Below the pieces are notes generated by a model that saw nothing but the letters and a program-made list of their open reading frames with translations, was not told the DNA's origin and made no database searches. Below, piece after piece: positions 41,583-51,269 of a stretch of 64,000 nucleotides of DNA (position 1 is its first letter; the number at the start of each line of letters is the position of its first letter). Source of the DNA: an uncultured virus (IMG/VR IMGVR_UViG_3300025723_000018) (taxonomy: Duplodnaviria > Heunggongvirae > Uroviricota > Caudoviricetes). Made by a program: the position numbers and the translations under genes. The stretch is from the IMG/VR virus record IMGVR_UViG_3300025723_000018, one strand, 5' to 3'.

Positions 41583-42175
41583 TTAGTTAAAGCAAACCAC
41601 GAAGACAATATATACTTGGTGTCTTTAAGTGGAGGATTGCCCCTGTGTGTATGCGTAAACGAACTAGGAAATATAACAACAGTCCCTTGACGAGGAGGAA
41701 TTCTCACACTTTGATGAATGAATTCTGTTTCGCCACCGTCATTGATGTCGTTCAAATAGATAATAATACTTAAAAGTCGATTGGCTTCTTGTATACTGTT
41801 TTGTTCATGATGCCACATATGATAACCTTGACCAGGTTTTGTACGCTGTATCTTAAATGGCAATATTTGTAAATTTTTAGCAAGATGACTAACACCATTT
41901 ACCGTGTCTGCATACATGGCAATACATTTAGTTACCGCTTGTATTGCAGGACCAGCTAACTGTCCATTAGTCAACATTCGATTAGTGTCTAGTTCTTCTC
42001 CTAGATAGTATTGTTGATCGTCCTTGGCACTGATAGGAACTTGGTCTACTTCTTGTCTGTTAATAGTTAAATCGTAACCATTTAAATATTCAAAGTAAGA
42101 ACAAACTTTATTACAATACTCTTTTGATAGCTCATTAGGAAAAACTCCAATTAAATTTTCTATAGTCGATGTCAT
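41579..42175 (-). CDS. 2OG-Fe(II) oxygenase (prolyl-hydroxylase-like)
   Basis: GYHMWHHE, IYLND...GGETEF, IFPSSFTHTHRGNPP, KY. Confidence 0.87.
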   Translation of the reverse strand: MTSTIENLIGVFPNELSKEYCNKVCSYFEYLNGYDLTINRQEVDQVPISAKDDQQYYLGEELDTNRMLTNGQLAGPAIQAVTKCIAMYADTVNGVSHLAKNLQILPFKIQRTKPGQGYHMWHHEQNSIQEANRLLSIIIYLNDINDGGETEFIHQSVRIPPRQGTVVIFPSSFTHTHRGNPPLKDTKYILSSWFALTK

Positions 42176-42789
42176 TCGTTATCCTCGTAATGCGAACTAA
42201 CGCTATTTTTTCCAAGATTACGAACATTAAAATTATAAGCAACACTGATTCGTTCGTCGTCAGTTAAATTATTAGGCGTAGTACCATGTATTGTACTACT
42301 TCTAAACACAATACACAACCCCTCTTCCGGATCTATGCAAGTTTGGGTACTATTATCCACAGTTGGCCCAGCATGATCCGGATCAATTGAATGCATTTGA
42401 GGGCATGGATGCATAAACATCAGTTGTCCACTACCTTTTGGTGCTCGGGGATAGTATACAGCACTGATGAAACTGTTTGAATGGCCATGTGGAGGATGAG
42501 TAGTAGCTGTGGCTGTACTAATGTTGGCCCAACTATCCGCAATATACAGCTCATTAAACTCTATATCGTATCCACATTCTTTTACAAAATCAAATACAGC
42601 ACTTTTTACAAAATAATTTACTTTTTCAAATTCTTTAAATTTATGAACACCTGTTTTAGTTTGAAAAAAGTTAGAGCTACTAGTTAATAATTTGTCTTTG
42701 ACAACTTCTTTAACATCAGCATGTATGGAAAAATCTAGATTATTATAAAACCCTACGGTAGTAGGGAACATACGAACAATTTCTTTCAT
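42172..42789 (-). CDS. Putative 2OG-Fe(II) oxygenase (TIGR02466-like)
   Basis: SWAN, PHGHSNS.ISAVYY, F.S...HG, RISVAYN. Confidence 0.85.
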   Translation of the reverse strand: MKEIVRMFPTTVGFYNNLDFSIHADVKEVVKDKLLTSSSNFFQTKTGVHKFKEFEKVNYFVKSAVFDFVKECGYDIEFNELYIADSWANISTATATTHPPHGHSNSFISAVYYPRAPKGSGQLMFMHPCPQMHSIDPDHAGPTVDNSTQTCIDPEEGLCIVFRSSTIHGTTPNNLTDDERISVAYNFNVRNLGKNSVSSHYEDNE

Positions 42790-43235
42790 ATCAACTCCAC
42801 TAAGTCGAATACAGTTTGAAGTTTTGTACGTATTGTTTTGCTCGAAAAGCTATTACGCAGACCTTGGTGTAAGGGTTTAGGCGCACGGTCGATAGTTGCC
42901 CATGCCCAAGCAATGTGTTCATCACTTAGTTCAGGAACAAATTCTTTTTCTATAACACAGAGATAGGTATGAAAGTTAAACACTTTATCATTTGATACAA
43001 ATGTTTCTAACGGAATTGTTTTTAAGATTTTTGGTATTGTACCAATTTCCTCAGCAATTTCTCGTTGTAAGCCCTGCCATGGAGTTTCGCCAGTAATATT
43101 TGTACCACCAACTAAGCCCCAAGTTCCTTCATGCTTGCCATGTGCTTTTTGTAACAGTAAGAATCTTCGTGTAGATTTGGCGTAGAACAATGCTCCGCTA
43201 CAAACTATCGATTCTTTTACAAGACTAGACTCCAT
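42786..43235 (-). CDS. Nudix hydrolase
   Basis: Nudix box GGTNITGETPWQGLQREIAEEIG (GX5EX7REUXEEXG). Confidence 0.9.
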   Translation of the reverse strand: MESSLVKESIVCSGALFYAKSTRRFLLLQKAHGKHEGTWGLVGGTNITGETPWQGLQREIAEEIGTIPKILKTIPLETFVSNDKVFNFHTYLCVIEKEFVPELSDEHIAWAWATIDRAPKPLHQGLRNSFSSKTIRTKLQTVFDLVELI

Positions 43236-44722
43236 TGACCTGATGTATATACACCCTCAAAACTCTTTGCCCAGGAAACTCCGTTCCACAGGTATTGTAC
43301 TCCAGTGTATATATTCGTTTGCCACACTAAGGTGTCTTTGTCTTGGTTTGCGTGGAAAACTACAGTCCATGTTTCCCCTGTCCACTCGATGATGTCGTTT
43401 ACTTCTGCTACGAAATCATGTCCATAGATGTCCTGCCATGCACTAGCACCTTTGCCTGGTGCATTGTGTGTACTACCTATTTCGTCAATTATCAAGTATC
43501 GTGTGCCCACAGCAATAGGCTGATCTGTATCTTGTTTTTGAGGACGTTTTGGATTAAATGATTGTGGATTTATAATAGCATCAAATGTGCCAGGACTATT
43601 AGGTCTATAGCAATGTGATAAATCGTAACCTAATTCGTGATCTAGTAAACCCGCACTATCAATTCCTGTGTTAGATGTAAGTGTATCAGGATTCCATTGA
43701 ACATGCATGATTGTATAGTTCAACGGATCGATAGCCACAGTACCTACAATTTGACTACCATTTGCTTGTGTTAAAAATAGTCTACTTGAACCTGCAACAT
43801 ATTTTCCAGGGTATTGTTGCATAATGGCCATCCAGTCTACTGGTGTGCCTTGACGTTCTGGAATATCTAATGTAGGCTCCAATGGAACTGTACTTTCGTG
43901 TGGCTCTAATAAAATAGCTTGATTGTTGTATACTTCTAATTTATAACCAGTAATACTGATAGTCAATTCGTCAAATTGATTTTGAAAAGTTGTAGTCGAT
44001 CCTAATGGGTCGCTTGATGAACCTAACCCTTCAATATAAGTTCCGCTATTAACAGCAGAACCATGCATGTTATTAATAATTTTTGTAATAACACCCAAAT
44101 GTTTGACCTTAACTGGCGGATTAATCCATATAGGAGTATCTAGTGTTATGGTAGCAATGTCAATTGGTGTGTCATTGCCTACAGGAACTGTTCGACTATC
44201 CCAGTTAATATCATTTAAGTTTAATACAGTTAAACTGGTCCAGTCAATATAATTGTCTGTAGTTTGTAGTTCTAGACTAGGATTGAACAAGACTAAAATC
44301 TGTTCAAGTATTTGTAATTTTTGATCTGTATTGGCACTCCAAATATCGCACTTCATAGTAAGTTTGAATGGTGTTGGCATCAAACGTTCAATGGTATAAT
44401 TTTTACCTTGTTCAGGCAAGTATTTGTTAGTGCGAGGATCTATAGCACGTTCGCGAATATTAACTGTATCTACAAAAGTTTGATCAGCTAGTCTATCTCG
44501 ATCCAATGCTAGAGCTGTAACATAGATACTGATACGTGGAACAGAGTTTACAATATTTTCACTGTTTTGTCTAATAATGCTAGCTACTTGACGTTCAGCA
44601 TCTCCATACATTACAGGTATACGATGTAAACTACCGTCACCGTATTTTACCACAAAATTACTAAACGCACGAATAGTCTGCGTAATATATCGTCTGATTT
44701 GCGCATCGTAGAAGAATTGTAT
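43217..44722 (-). CDS. T4 gp15-like tail terminator/sheath stabiliser with C-terminal extension; start extended to a non-canonical AUA
   Basis: IPVMYGD, VPRIS, ERLMPTPF.L, DQKLQILEQILVLFNP; the frame stays open upstream of the track's GTG (44653) through QFFYDAQIRRYITQTIRAFSNF to ATA at 44722-44720; next to gp14/gp13-like genes. Confidence 0.72.
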   Translation of the reverse strand: MQFFYDAQIRRYITQTIRAFSNFVVKYGDGSLHRIPVMYGDAERQVASIIRQNSENIVNSVPRISIYVTALALDRDRLADQTFVDTVNIRERAIDPRTNKYLPEQGKNYTIERLMPTPFKLTMKCDIWSANTDQKLQILEQILVLFNPSLELQTTDNYIDWTSLTVLNLNDINWDSRTVPVGNDTPIDIATITLDTPIWINPPVKVKHLGVITKIINNMHGSAVNSGTYIEGLGSSSDPLGSTTTFQNQFDELTISITGYKLEVYNNQAILLEPHESTVPLEPTLDIPERQGTPVDWMAIMQQYPGKYVAGSSRLFLTQANGSQIVGTVAIDPLNYTIMHVQWNPDTLTSNTGIDSAGLLDHELGYDLSHCYRPNSPGTFDAIINPQSFNPKRPQKQDTDQPIAVGTRYLIIDEIGSTHNAPGKGASAWQDIYGHDFVAEVNDIIEWTGETWTVVFHANQDKDTLVWQTNIYTGVQYLWNGVSWAKSFEGVYTSGQWSLVL

Positions 44723-44737
44723 AATAGTACAACGGCG

Positions 44738-44773
44738 TTAAACCGAAGCCTCCTTGTTTATATAGATGTGCAT
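44738..44773 (-). other. 11-codon mini-ORF MHIYINKEASV*, coupled to the gp14-like stop and in frame with the gp15-like gene
   Basis: TAATG overlap at 44775-44771; TAA at 44740-44738; contains AAGGAGG and a C(UUCG)G hairpin. Confidence 0.55.
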
Positions 44774-46227
44774 TATAAATCCGCCTTTGGTCTAAGCACT
44801 TTGCTGATGCTTTGTCTTTGTTCTTCTCTATCGTTGTATAAGGTAATAGTCCATTGTCCAGCGTAAGGAATTGTCTGTTGTTCACCGCCAATTACAGGTA
44901 AATTAATTCTTAACAACAATGGACTTGATGGAGTTTTTCTATAAGTTGTAATTAAGTTTGGATAATCACTGACAGCATAATCAATTAGTATGTTGTCTAG
45001 TTTTAAAACTACATAAATTCCCACTGGAGCAGATGGTAAAGTTGTACTGATAAGACTAACTCCTGCATCAATTTGATCTTGTGTAAATGTTGCAAATGTT
45101 GTGGCAATTGCATCTGAATAAGTCCAAAGATTATTGTTGATAAATCCAGTTTTAAGTGTGCTACGAGTATCAGTTTGTGTCATAGTCATGCGTACACTAT
45201 CTTCTACAGCTACCCATCCGCCTGTGCCAGAATCAAATCTAAACAATCTGTTAGGTAAGAAATCTACACGCAAGAAAAAGTCATTGTTAGCTGGCGCCGC
45301 TGGAAAATTAACACCAAATCCAAACGCATATCCGTTAACTGGAAAACCATCTCCAACCAAGTATCCTGTATAACCTGTACGCAATGGTACACCGTACGTA
45401 CCACTGGCAAGTTGTCCTGCATTGCTAGCATTGACAGTTTCATCATCTGCGGCCTGTAGTGTAGTTTGCCCGCCAGTAGCACTGGCCGCAAGAGTATAAA
45501 ATTGACGAGTTTCATAACCACTCTTAGGAGCATCTGCTTCAGCTTGGGCAACAACTTGATTGTTAATTTCAATTTCTTTATTATATGTACTGAGCAAATC
45601 TTTAAGAGTAGTTCCTGCAACTGGATCTCCATTGGCATCCAAGGCTTGCTGATTAAAGATTTGTGCAAATTGCTGACTATCTGTAATTCGTTTAAGTTTT
45701 AATCTGTACAAATGTGGATACCAAGTTACGCTAAATCCTTCGCTAGCACGGCCTACATCTTCGATTACATAATAACGTGGTAAACTAAAGTCAAAATCGT
45801 TAAGAGCAAAATCGTCACGCAAATGCGGAAGTTCTATAACGTCCCCACTGATAGGTTTGCGCCCAATATACTTGATAAAATCGTTAATGTGTATGGTCAT
45901 GTACAGGGTATCGTTGTCAATAAACAGGCCAAATTGGCTCAAATTAAAATCAATATTTTGTACATTATAAAGCCCGCGAATTCTGTAGATTTCCGAGTCG
46001 TATTTTCTGTCACGATTTTCTAAAAATAGCAAATCTTGTATGTTTGTTACTGCTGTATTAGCATAATTAGGCTGATCAGCTGTAGCATTAGCTGGGTCTG
46101 TACCAGCACCTAAGTATTTGTGCAGATAGACATCGGTTCCGCCAGCTTGAAACATCTCGCTGGCTTGGCGGTCAATGAACTTGTAGTCATTGCCCTTTTC
46201 TGGTTTATAAAGTGATAAGCGTGGCAT
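44773..46227 (-). CDS. T4 gp14-like neck/head-closure protein (extended)
   Basis: IQDLLFLENRDRKY, LSQFGLF, GDVIELPHL, WYPHL.R.K; divergent from the gp13-like gene. Confidence 0.7.
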   Translation of the reverse strand: MPRLSLYKPEKGNDYKFIDRQASEMFQAGGTDVYLHKYLGAGTDPANATADQPNYANTAVTNIQDLLFLENRDRKYDSEIYRIRGLYNVQNIDFNLSQFGLFIDNDTLYMTIHINDFIKYIGRKPISGDVIELPHLRDDFALNDFDFSLPRYYVIEDVGRASEGFSVTWYPHLYRLKLKRITDSQQFAQIFNQQALDANGDPVAGTTLKDLLSTYNKEIEINNQVVAQAEADAPKSGYETRQFYTLAASATGGQTTLQAADDETVNASNAGQLASGTYGVPLRTGYTGYLVGDGFPVNGYAFGFGVNFPAAPANNDFFLRVDFLPNRLFRFDSGTGGWVAVEDSVRMTMTQTDTRSTLKTGFINNNLWTYSDAIATTFATFTQDQIDAGVSLISTTLPSAPVGIYVVLKLDNILIDYAVSDYPNLITTYRKTPSSPLLLRINLPVIGGEQQTIPYAGQWTITLYNDREEQRQSISKVLRPKADL

Positions 46228-46232
46228 AATGA

Positions 46233-46251
46233 TATTTATCGAAGCTAAATA
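46233..46251. promoter_or_regulatory. Back-to-back divergent late promoter motifs
   Basis: ATAAATA on the - strand (46239-46233) and CTAAATA on the + strand (46245-46251). Confidence 0.6.
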
Positions 46252-46268
46252 TGTATGAGGAACTAATT

Positions 46269-47054
46269 ATGGACGATTTCGCACCTACAACGCTATCCGA
46301 CCCAACAGCTGAAAGAAATAAGGTATTTGACTATGTCAAACTAATGCTAGGCGACGGCATGGTTGAGGTGGAATTAGACCCAGCACACTATGAAGCGGCC
46401 CTGGATAGAGCATTAAATCGCTATAGACAAAAAAGCCCAAATGCTGTGGAAGAAAGCTATTTGTTTATAGAACTAATTCAGGATACAAATGAATATAAAT
46501 TGCCCGACGAAGTTATTGAAGTTCGTCAGGTATTTCGTCGTGCTATCGGTTCAAGAAGTGGTATGGGTGCAGGTGGAACATTGTTCGAACCATTCAACTT
46601 GGCGTACACAAACACTTACTTGATGAGTGGTAGCATGATGGGCGGACTAGCAACTTATGAAGCATTTGCTGGTTATCAAAAACTAGTTGGACGTATGTTT
46701 GGTAGTTATATTGAATTTAAATGGAAACCAACTAGCCATTTACTAACAATTCTACAACGTCCGTTTGCACAAGGCGAACAGATTCTTGTACAAAGTTATA
46801 ATTTCCGTCCAGACTGGGTCTTGTTACAAGATGTATATGCCAAGCAATGGTTGAAAGACTATACCTTGGCTGTTTGTAAACAGATGTTAGGTGAAGCACG
46901 TAGCAAGTTTGCCAGTATTGCTGGCCCAGGAAGTCCAATTCAGATGAATGGATCTGATTTGAAATCAAGTGCCAAAGAAGATTTTGACCGTCTAGACAAA
47001 GAGCTAGACACTTATGTAGCAGGCGGAAGCGGCTACTATTTTGTACTAGGATAA
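46269..47054 (+). CDS. T4 gp13-like neck/head-tail adaptor protein
   Basis: LGDGMVEVELD, WLKDYTLA..K..LGEARSKF..I.GP, NG..LK; start placed at ATG 46269 behind SD GAGGA rather than at the track's 46251. Confidence 0.8.
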   Translation: MDDFAPTTLSDPTAERNKVFDYVKLMLGDGMVEVELDPAHYEAALDRALNRYRQKSPNAVEESYLFIELIQDTNEYKLPDEVIEVRQVFRRAIGSRSGMGAGGTLFEPFNLAYTNTYLMSGSMMGGLATYEAFAGYQKLVGRMFGSYIEFKWKPTSHLLTILQRPFAQGEQILVQSYNFRPDWVLLQDVYAKQWLKDYTLAVCKQMLGEARSKFASIAGPGSPIQMNGSDLKSSAKEDFDRLDKELDTYVAGGSGYYFVLG

Positions 47055-47058
47055 TTGT

Positions 47059-47385
47059 ATGTCAATTAAAATTACAGATCTGCCATCAGAATCCACGCTA
47101 TCTGGCGCCACTATAATCTATGTAGTAGATCCAGCAGGACCAACTAGCTATCAAAGTACGCTATCCAACGTTGCTACTTACATGAAAGGAGCATTGGCCA
47201 CTACGATGGTACATGCTTTTGTTGTAGATGCTAGTGGAAATTTGCAATACACACAAATAACTGATTCAAATGTACAACTACAGTCTGGCGGTTCAGATTT
47301 ATATGCCACAGTAGATGTCGGAACAAACCAATATAGCTATAGCATTGACGCCAGCGGCAATTTGATTGCCACGTATAGTTATTGA
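47059..47385 (+). CDS. Small virion protein (IKITDLP N-terminus)
   Basis: 108 aa; KI.DLP start typical of fibre-attached proteins. Confidence 0.55.
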   Translation: MSIKITDLPSESTLSGATIIYVVDPAGPTSYQSTLSNVATYMKGALATTMVHAFVVDASGNLQYTQITDSNVQLQSGGSDLYATVDVGTNQYSYSIDASGNLIATYSY

Positions 47386-47391
47386 TAAATA
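47385..47391 (+). promoter_or_regulatory. T4-like late promoter motif ATAAATA
   Basis: GATAAATA overlapping the TGA stop, ahead of the 1279-aa fibre gene. Confidence 0.6.
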
Positions 47392-47409
47392 TTAGAAATT
47401 GGAAAAACT

Positions 47410-50400
47410 ATGAGTATAACCACTGTAAACTTAGGAAAAATTAGATTAAACTGGCGTGGCAATTGGGCAACCACCACAGCTTATAGCATAAACGATGCTG
47501 TATATTACGGCGGCAACAGTTATGTTTGTGTAACAGCCAATACATCCAGTTCTTGGTCCACTGATCTTTCATCAGGTTTTTGGCAAATCATGGCCAGCGG
47601 AGCAACAGCCAATACAACAGCTGGTGATATAACTTACTATGGCGGAAGTGGCAATACCAATTTGCCTATCGGTAGTTATGGCCAAGTACTAACAGTTGGT
47701 TCCAGTGGATATCCTATTTGGCAAAGTCCAGTTATCGAAGGCGATGTATTTTATGTTAGTATCAACGGTAATGACAGCAACAACGGCACTAGTTTAAACC
47801 AAGCATTTAAAACATTAAAATATGCCTGTAGTCAAGTTACAGGACCAGCAACAATTTATGTTAAGACTGGTACATATTACGAAACTTTACCTATCACAGT
47901 GCCTGCAAACGTTTCTATCGTTGGCGACAGTATGCGTGATACTGTTATTGCAGCATTAACAGGAACTGCTAGTACAAATTATGTCAGCGGTGGTAATACA
48001 ACCACTCTAGTTGTTTCGTCTACCAGCGGTATTTTAGCAGGCATGACTGTGACCGGTACAGGTTATTCAAGCGGGCAAAAAGTTGTCAGTGTAACTAACA
48101 GTACAACATTGGTAATGAGTGCAGTATCGAATTCAACACCAAGTGGCACATTAACATTCACATATCTAAGTACAGATGCTAGTCCAGTAGTTAATAATTT
48201 AAGTACCATGTTCTATCTAAGTGACCAAACTTTACTACAAGGTTTGTTACTAACTGGTATGACTGGTTTTGCTATCAACGGAAGTTATCCAACTGATATT
48301 ACCCGTGCTACAATTGGCGGTGTTTATTTAAGATTAAATCCTAGCTCAGTAATTACAAAAAGTCCATATGTAAAAGACTGTACTGCAAAGAGTACAGGTG
48401 GTGTTGGTGCTATTGTAGACGGAAGCGTTCAAGCAAGCGGCAACAAGAGTATGGTGTTCTGGGCCTACAACATGGTGCTTGACGGCGGTGTAGGTTTATG
48501 GTGTGCAAATGGCGGTAAAGCAGAAGCTGTATCAGTGTTCACGTACTATTGCTACATGGGCTATACAGCCAGCGGTGGTGGTCTGATCCGTAGTATTGCA
48601 GGTAATAACAGTTATGGTACATATGGTGCTGTTAGTTTAGGTTATCTAAGTACAGAAACAGCAATTACTGGTACAGTATACGGCGGTATGTTAACCTATA
48701 ACACCGCACTATCAACCGGTACATTCACACAAGGTGAAACAATTACACAAGCAACTAGTGGCGCTACTGGTGTAGTTACTAGTGTGCAAACTGGTTACTT
48801 GTACTATAAAGCTACCAGCGGAACATTCAATACAACCAACTTAGTAACAGGTGGTTCTAGCGGAGCAACTTTAACTCCAACAGTAGTAGGCGGACAATCA
48901 AATTATGTATTAGTATTGAGTGGAGTAAGCGGAACTATTAGTGCAGGTGCAAGTTTGCAATTTGCATCAGGCGATACTAGTGCTTATGTTGTCAGTGCTG
49001 TAAGTACAGCTACAGTTAACAGTACAGCGGTTACTATTTTAACTCTAGCACAACAAAAAACCGTGGCTAGTAATGATGGTGTTGGAGTTCAAGTTCGTTA
49101 TAACTTTAGTTTGATTAGATTACAGTCGCATGACTTCTTGCAAATTGGTACTGGCGGTATTGCTACGACAAACTATCCAGGGACACCAACACAAGGTCCT
49201 ACTCCAGCTAACCAAATTAACTACACATTCCCAGGTCGTGTTTATTATGTGTCAACAGACGAACTTGGTAACTTTTATGTAGGTAACTATTTCAGCGTTA
49301 ACCAAGCAACTGGTGCAGCTACATTGAATGCTAGTGCGTTCAACTTGAGCGGTTTGACCAGCTTGCGACTAGGTTCAATTGGCGCACAACTTGGCGCACA
49401 GATTAACGAATTCTCAACAGACGGGACATTAAGTCAAAACTCAGACGTTAAAGTTCCAACACAACATGCGGTTACAACTTACTTAGGTGCCGCGTATCAA
49501 AACATTAGTCCTGCTGTAGATACAGTAGTGACCACAGCAACAGCAAGTAGTGGAGCAAATATTACAGTCGGAACAACAACTGGTATGGTTGTTAACATGA
49601 CTGTAGTGTTTGGTGCTAACTTAGGTAGTTTGACAGCACAAACTGTATACTATCTATTATCAGCCAGCGGCACAACAATCACTGTTAGTCTTGCACCAGG
49701 CGGCGCAGCTGTTACAGTTGGAACAACAACTGGACAAAACGTTGCCGTAAACACTGGTTATAGTTTAGGTGTTGCAAGTAGACGTTGGAGTCACTTGTAC
49801 GTGGGTCCAGGATCAATTACACTAGGATCTATTACAATTAGCGATGTCAGTGGTACACTACAAGTTACCAGCTCTGGTAGCAATGCCAATGCAAATATTA
49901 ACAGTATTCAAAATGGTACTAGTAATGTCACTGTAGCTAACAACGGTACTGTGACAATTGCTTCAGCAGGTACCACAGCAATTACAGCTACAGCAGTCAG
50001 TACAACAGTCAACAACAATTTGATTGTAAGCGGAACACTAACTGTTAGCGGTGCTACTGACTATGTTGGAGCTACTAATACAGTTTATACTGACAATTTG
50101 ATTGAACTACATGCACCATCAGGTGGTGTAGGTGGCACATGGGCTACCAATGACGGTAAAGACATTGGTTTACGTATGCACTATTATGCTAACAGTGCTG
50201 ATCAAAATGCTGCATTGGTATTGGCCAATGACAGTGGTTATTTGGAATGGTACAACACTGGTACAGAAAACGTTAGTGGCGACTTTGTATCAGCCTCATA
50301 TGGTACTATCAAGGCCGCCTCATTTTTAGCAACAACTAGTGTGGACAGCAGTAGCACATCATTTAATCTTGTAAACACCACAGCTACAACGTTAAACATT

Positions 50401-51249
50401 GGCGGAGCGGCAACTACAATCGGTATTGGTGCTAGCACTGGTACAACCACCGTCAATAATCAATTGACTACTAACAATGCTGTAGTGAACACTTTGCTAA
50501 AAACTGGTTCAACCATTGGCTATACTGATACTGGTATATTGGCCACTTTTGCCAACAGCACAGCTGGATACAACCAGATTATTTTACAAAATACCAGCAA
50601 CAACTCTAGTGCAAGCACAAACTTTAACGTAAGTAATAATTTAGGATCTGCCACAACCAACTACGGTGAGTTTGGTATGAACTCTAGTACGTTTACTGGA
50701 TCTGGCGCATTTAATACAGCAGGCAATGTGTATCTAGCCGCGGCTAGTACTGATTTGGCCATAGGCACATATGGTTCAAATGCTATACACTTTGTTGTGA
50801 ATAGCGGCGCAACGGATGCTGCAACTATTTCAAGCAGTGGTGTATTTTCAACCACTAGTCCATCGTTTACAACCAGCGTAACCACAACTAGTACAACATT
50901 TGGTATGTACAATGCCAACGCTACAACAATCAATTTTGGCCAAGCTGCAACCACAATGAATATTGGAGCACCAGGTACTACTGTGTACATTGGGCAAAAT
51001 ACTGGTAACTCAATATTGAGTATACTGGGCAATACATCTAGTGGAACAGCAGCCATTACTACCAATGTTACATCTGGCACATTGAACATAGGTGCAGGTG
51101 TCACAGGAACAGTTGTAATTGGCGCTACAGGATCAAACATTTATTTAGGCGGCACAACAACTAGCGATACAACTTACGCATACGTGGGTAATAACAAAGT
51201 AGCCACTATGGGTCGCAGTATTGCAATGTCCATGGTATTCGGTGGATAA
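47410..51249 (+). CDS. Tail fibre/spike-like protein, third member of the giant fibre family
   Basis: 1279 aa; LGKIRLNWRGNW start, IYVKTGTYYETLPITVP, HDFLQIG, GRVYYVSTDELGNF; C-terminal GRSIAMSMVFGG. Confidence 0.75.
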   Translation: MSITTVNLGKIRLNWRGNWATTTAYSINDAVYYGGNSYVCVTANTSSSWSTDLSSGFWQIMASGATANTTAGDITYYGGSGNTNLPIGSYGQVLTVGSSGYPIWQSPVIEGDVFYVSINGNDSNNGTSLNQAFKTLKYACSQVTGPATIYVKTGTYYETLPITVPANVSIVGDSMRDTVIAALTGTASTNYVSGGNTTTLVVSSTSGILAGMTVTGTGYSSGQKVVSVTNSTTLVMSAVSNSTPSGTLTFTYLSTDASPVVNNLSTMFYLSDQTLLQGLLLTGMTGFAINGSYPTDITRATIGGVYLRLNPSSVITKSPYVKDCTAKSTGGVGAIVDGSVQASGNKSMVFWAYNMVLDGGVGLWCANGGKAEAVSVFTYYCYMGYTASGGGLIRSIAGNNSYGTYGAVSLGYLSTETAITGTVYGGMLTYNTALSTGTFTQGETITQATSGATGVVTSVQTGYLYYKATSGTFNTTNLVTGGSSGATLTPTVVGGQSNYVLVLSGVSGTISAGASLQFASGDTSAYVVSAVSTATVNSTAVTILTLAQQKTVASNDGVGVQVRYNFSLIRLQSHDFLQIGTGGIATTNYPGTPTQGPTPANQINYTFPGRVYYVSTDELGNFYVGNYFSVNQATGAATLNASAFNLSGLTSLRLGSIGAQLGAQINEFSTDGTLSQNSDVKVPTQHAVTTYLGAAYQNISPAVDTVVTTATASSGANITVGTTTGMVVNMTVVFGANLGSLTAQTVYYLLSASGTTITVSLAPGGAAVTVGTTTGQNVAVNTGYSLGVASRRWSHLYVGPGSITLGSITISDVSGTLQVTSSGSNANANINSIQNGTSNVTVANNGTVTIASAGTTAITATAVSTTVNNNLIVSGTLTVSGATDYVGATNTVYTDNLIELHAPSGGVGGTWATNDGKDIGLRMHYYANSADQNAALVLANDSGYLEWYNTGTENVSGDFVSASYGTIKAASFLATTSVDSSSTSFNLVNTTATTLNIGGAATTIGIGASTGTTTVNNQLTTNNAVVNTLLKTGSTIGYTDTGILATFANSTAGYNQIILQNTSNNSSASTNFNVSNNLGSATTNYGEFGMNSSTFTGSGAFNTAGNVYLAAASTDLAIGTYGSNAIHFVVNSGATDAATISSSGVFSTTSPSFTTSVTTTSTTFGMYNANATTINFGQAATTMNIGAPGTTVYIGQNTGNSILSILGNTSSGTAAITTNVTSGTLNIGAGVTGTVVIGATGSNIYLGGTTTSDTTYAYVGNNKVATMGRSIAMSMVFGG

Positions 51250-51252
51250 ATA
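51246..51252 (+). promoter_or_regulatory. T4-like late promoter motif ATAAATA
   Basis: GATAAATA overlapping the stop; SD AAGGA follows. Confidence 0.55.
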
Positions 51253-51269
51253 TACAAAAGGATTAGAAA

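Noticed and set aside
31350..43235. Classical secondary-metabolite (pyrrolnitrin/rebeccamycin-type) biosynthetic cluster
   Set aside because: No scaffold-forming enzymes, transporter or flavin reductase seen; the context is a phage structural region
44738..44740. Genome-wide stop-codon reassignment as the explanation for the in-frame stop
   Set aside because: The codon is TAA, the commonest terminator here; TAG and TGA also end genes, and very long ORFs are intact under the standard code
44661..44891. 76-aa - strand ORF bridging the gp14- and gp15-like genes
   Set aside because: Out of frame with both genes, overlaps both, and has no recognisable motif; the gp15-like N-terminus lies in another frame
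46251..46268. ORF-track start of the gp13-like gene at 46251
   Set aside because: It overlaps the CTAAATA motif and has no SD; ATG 46269 follows GAGGA at normal spacing
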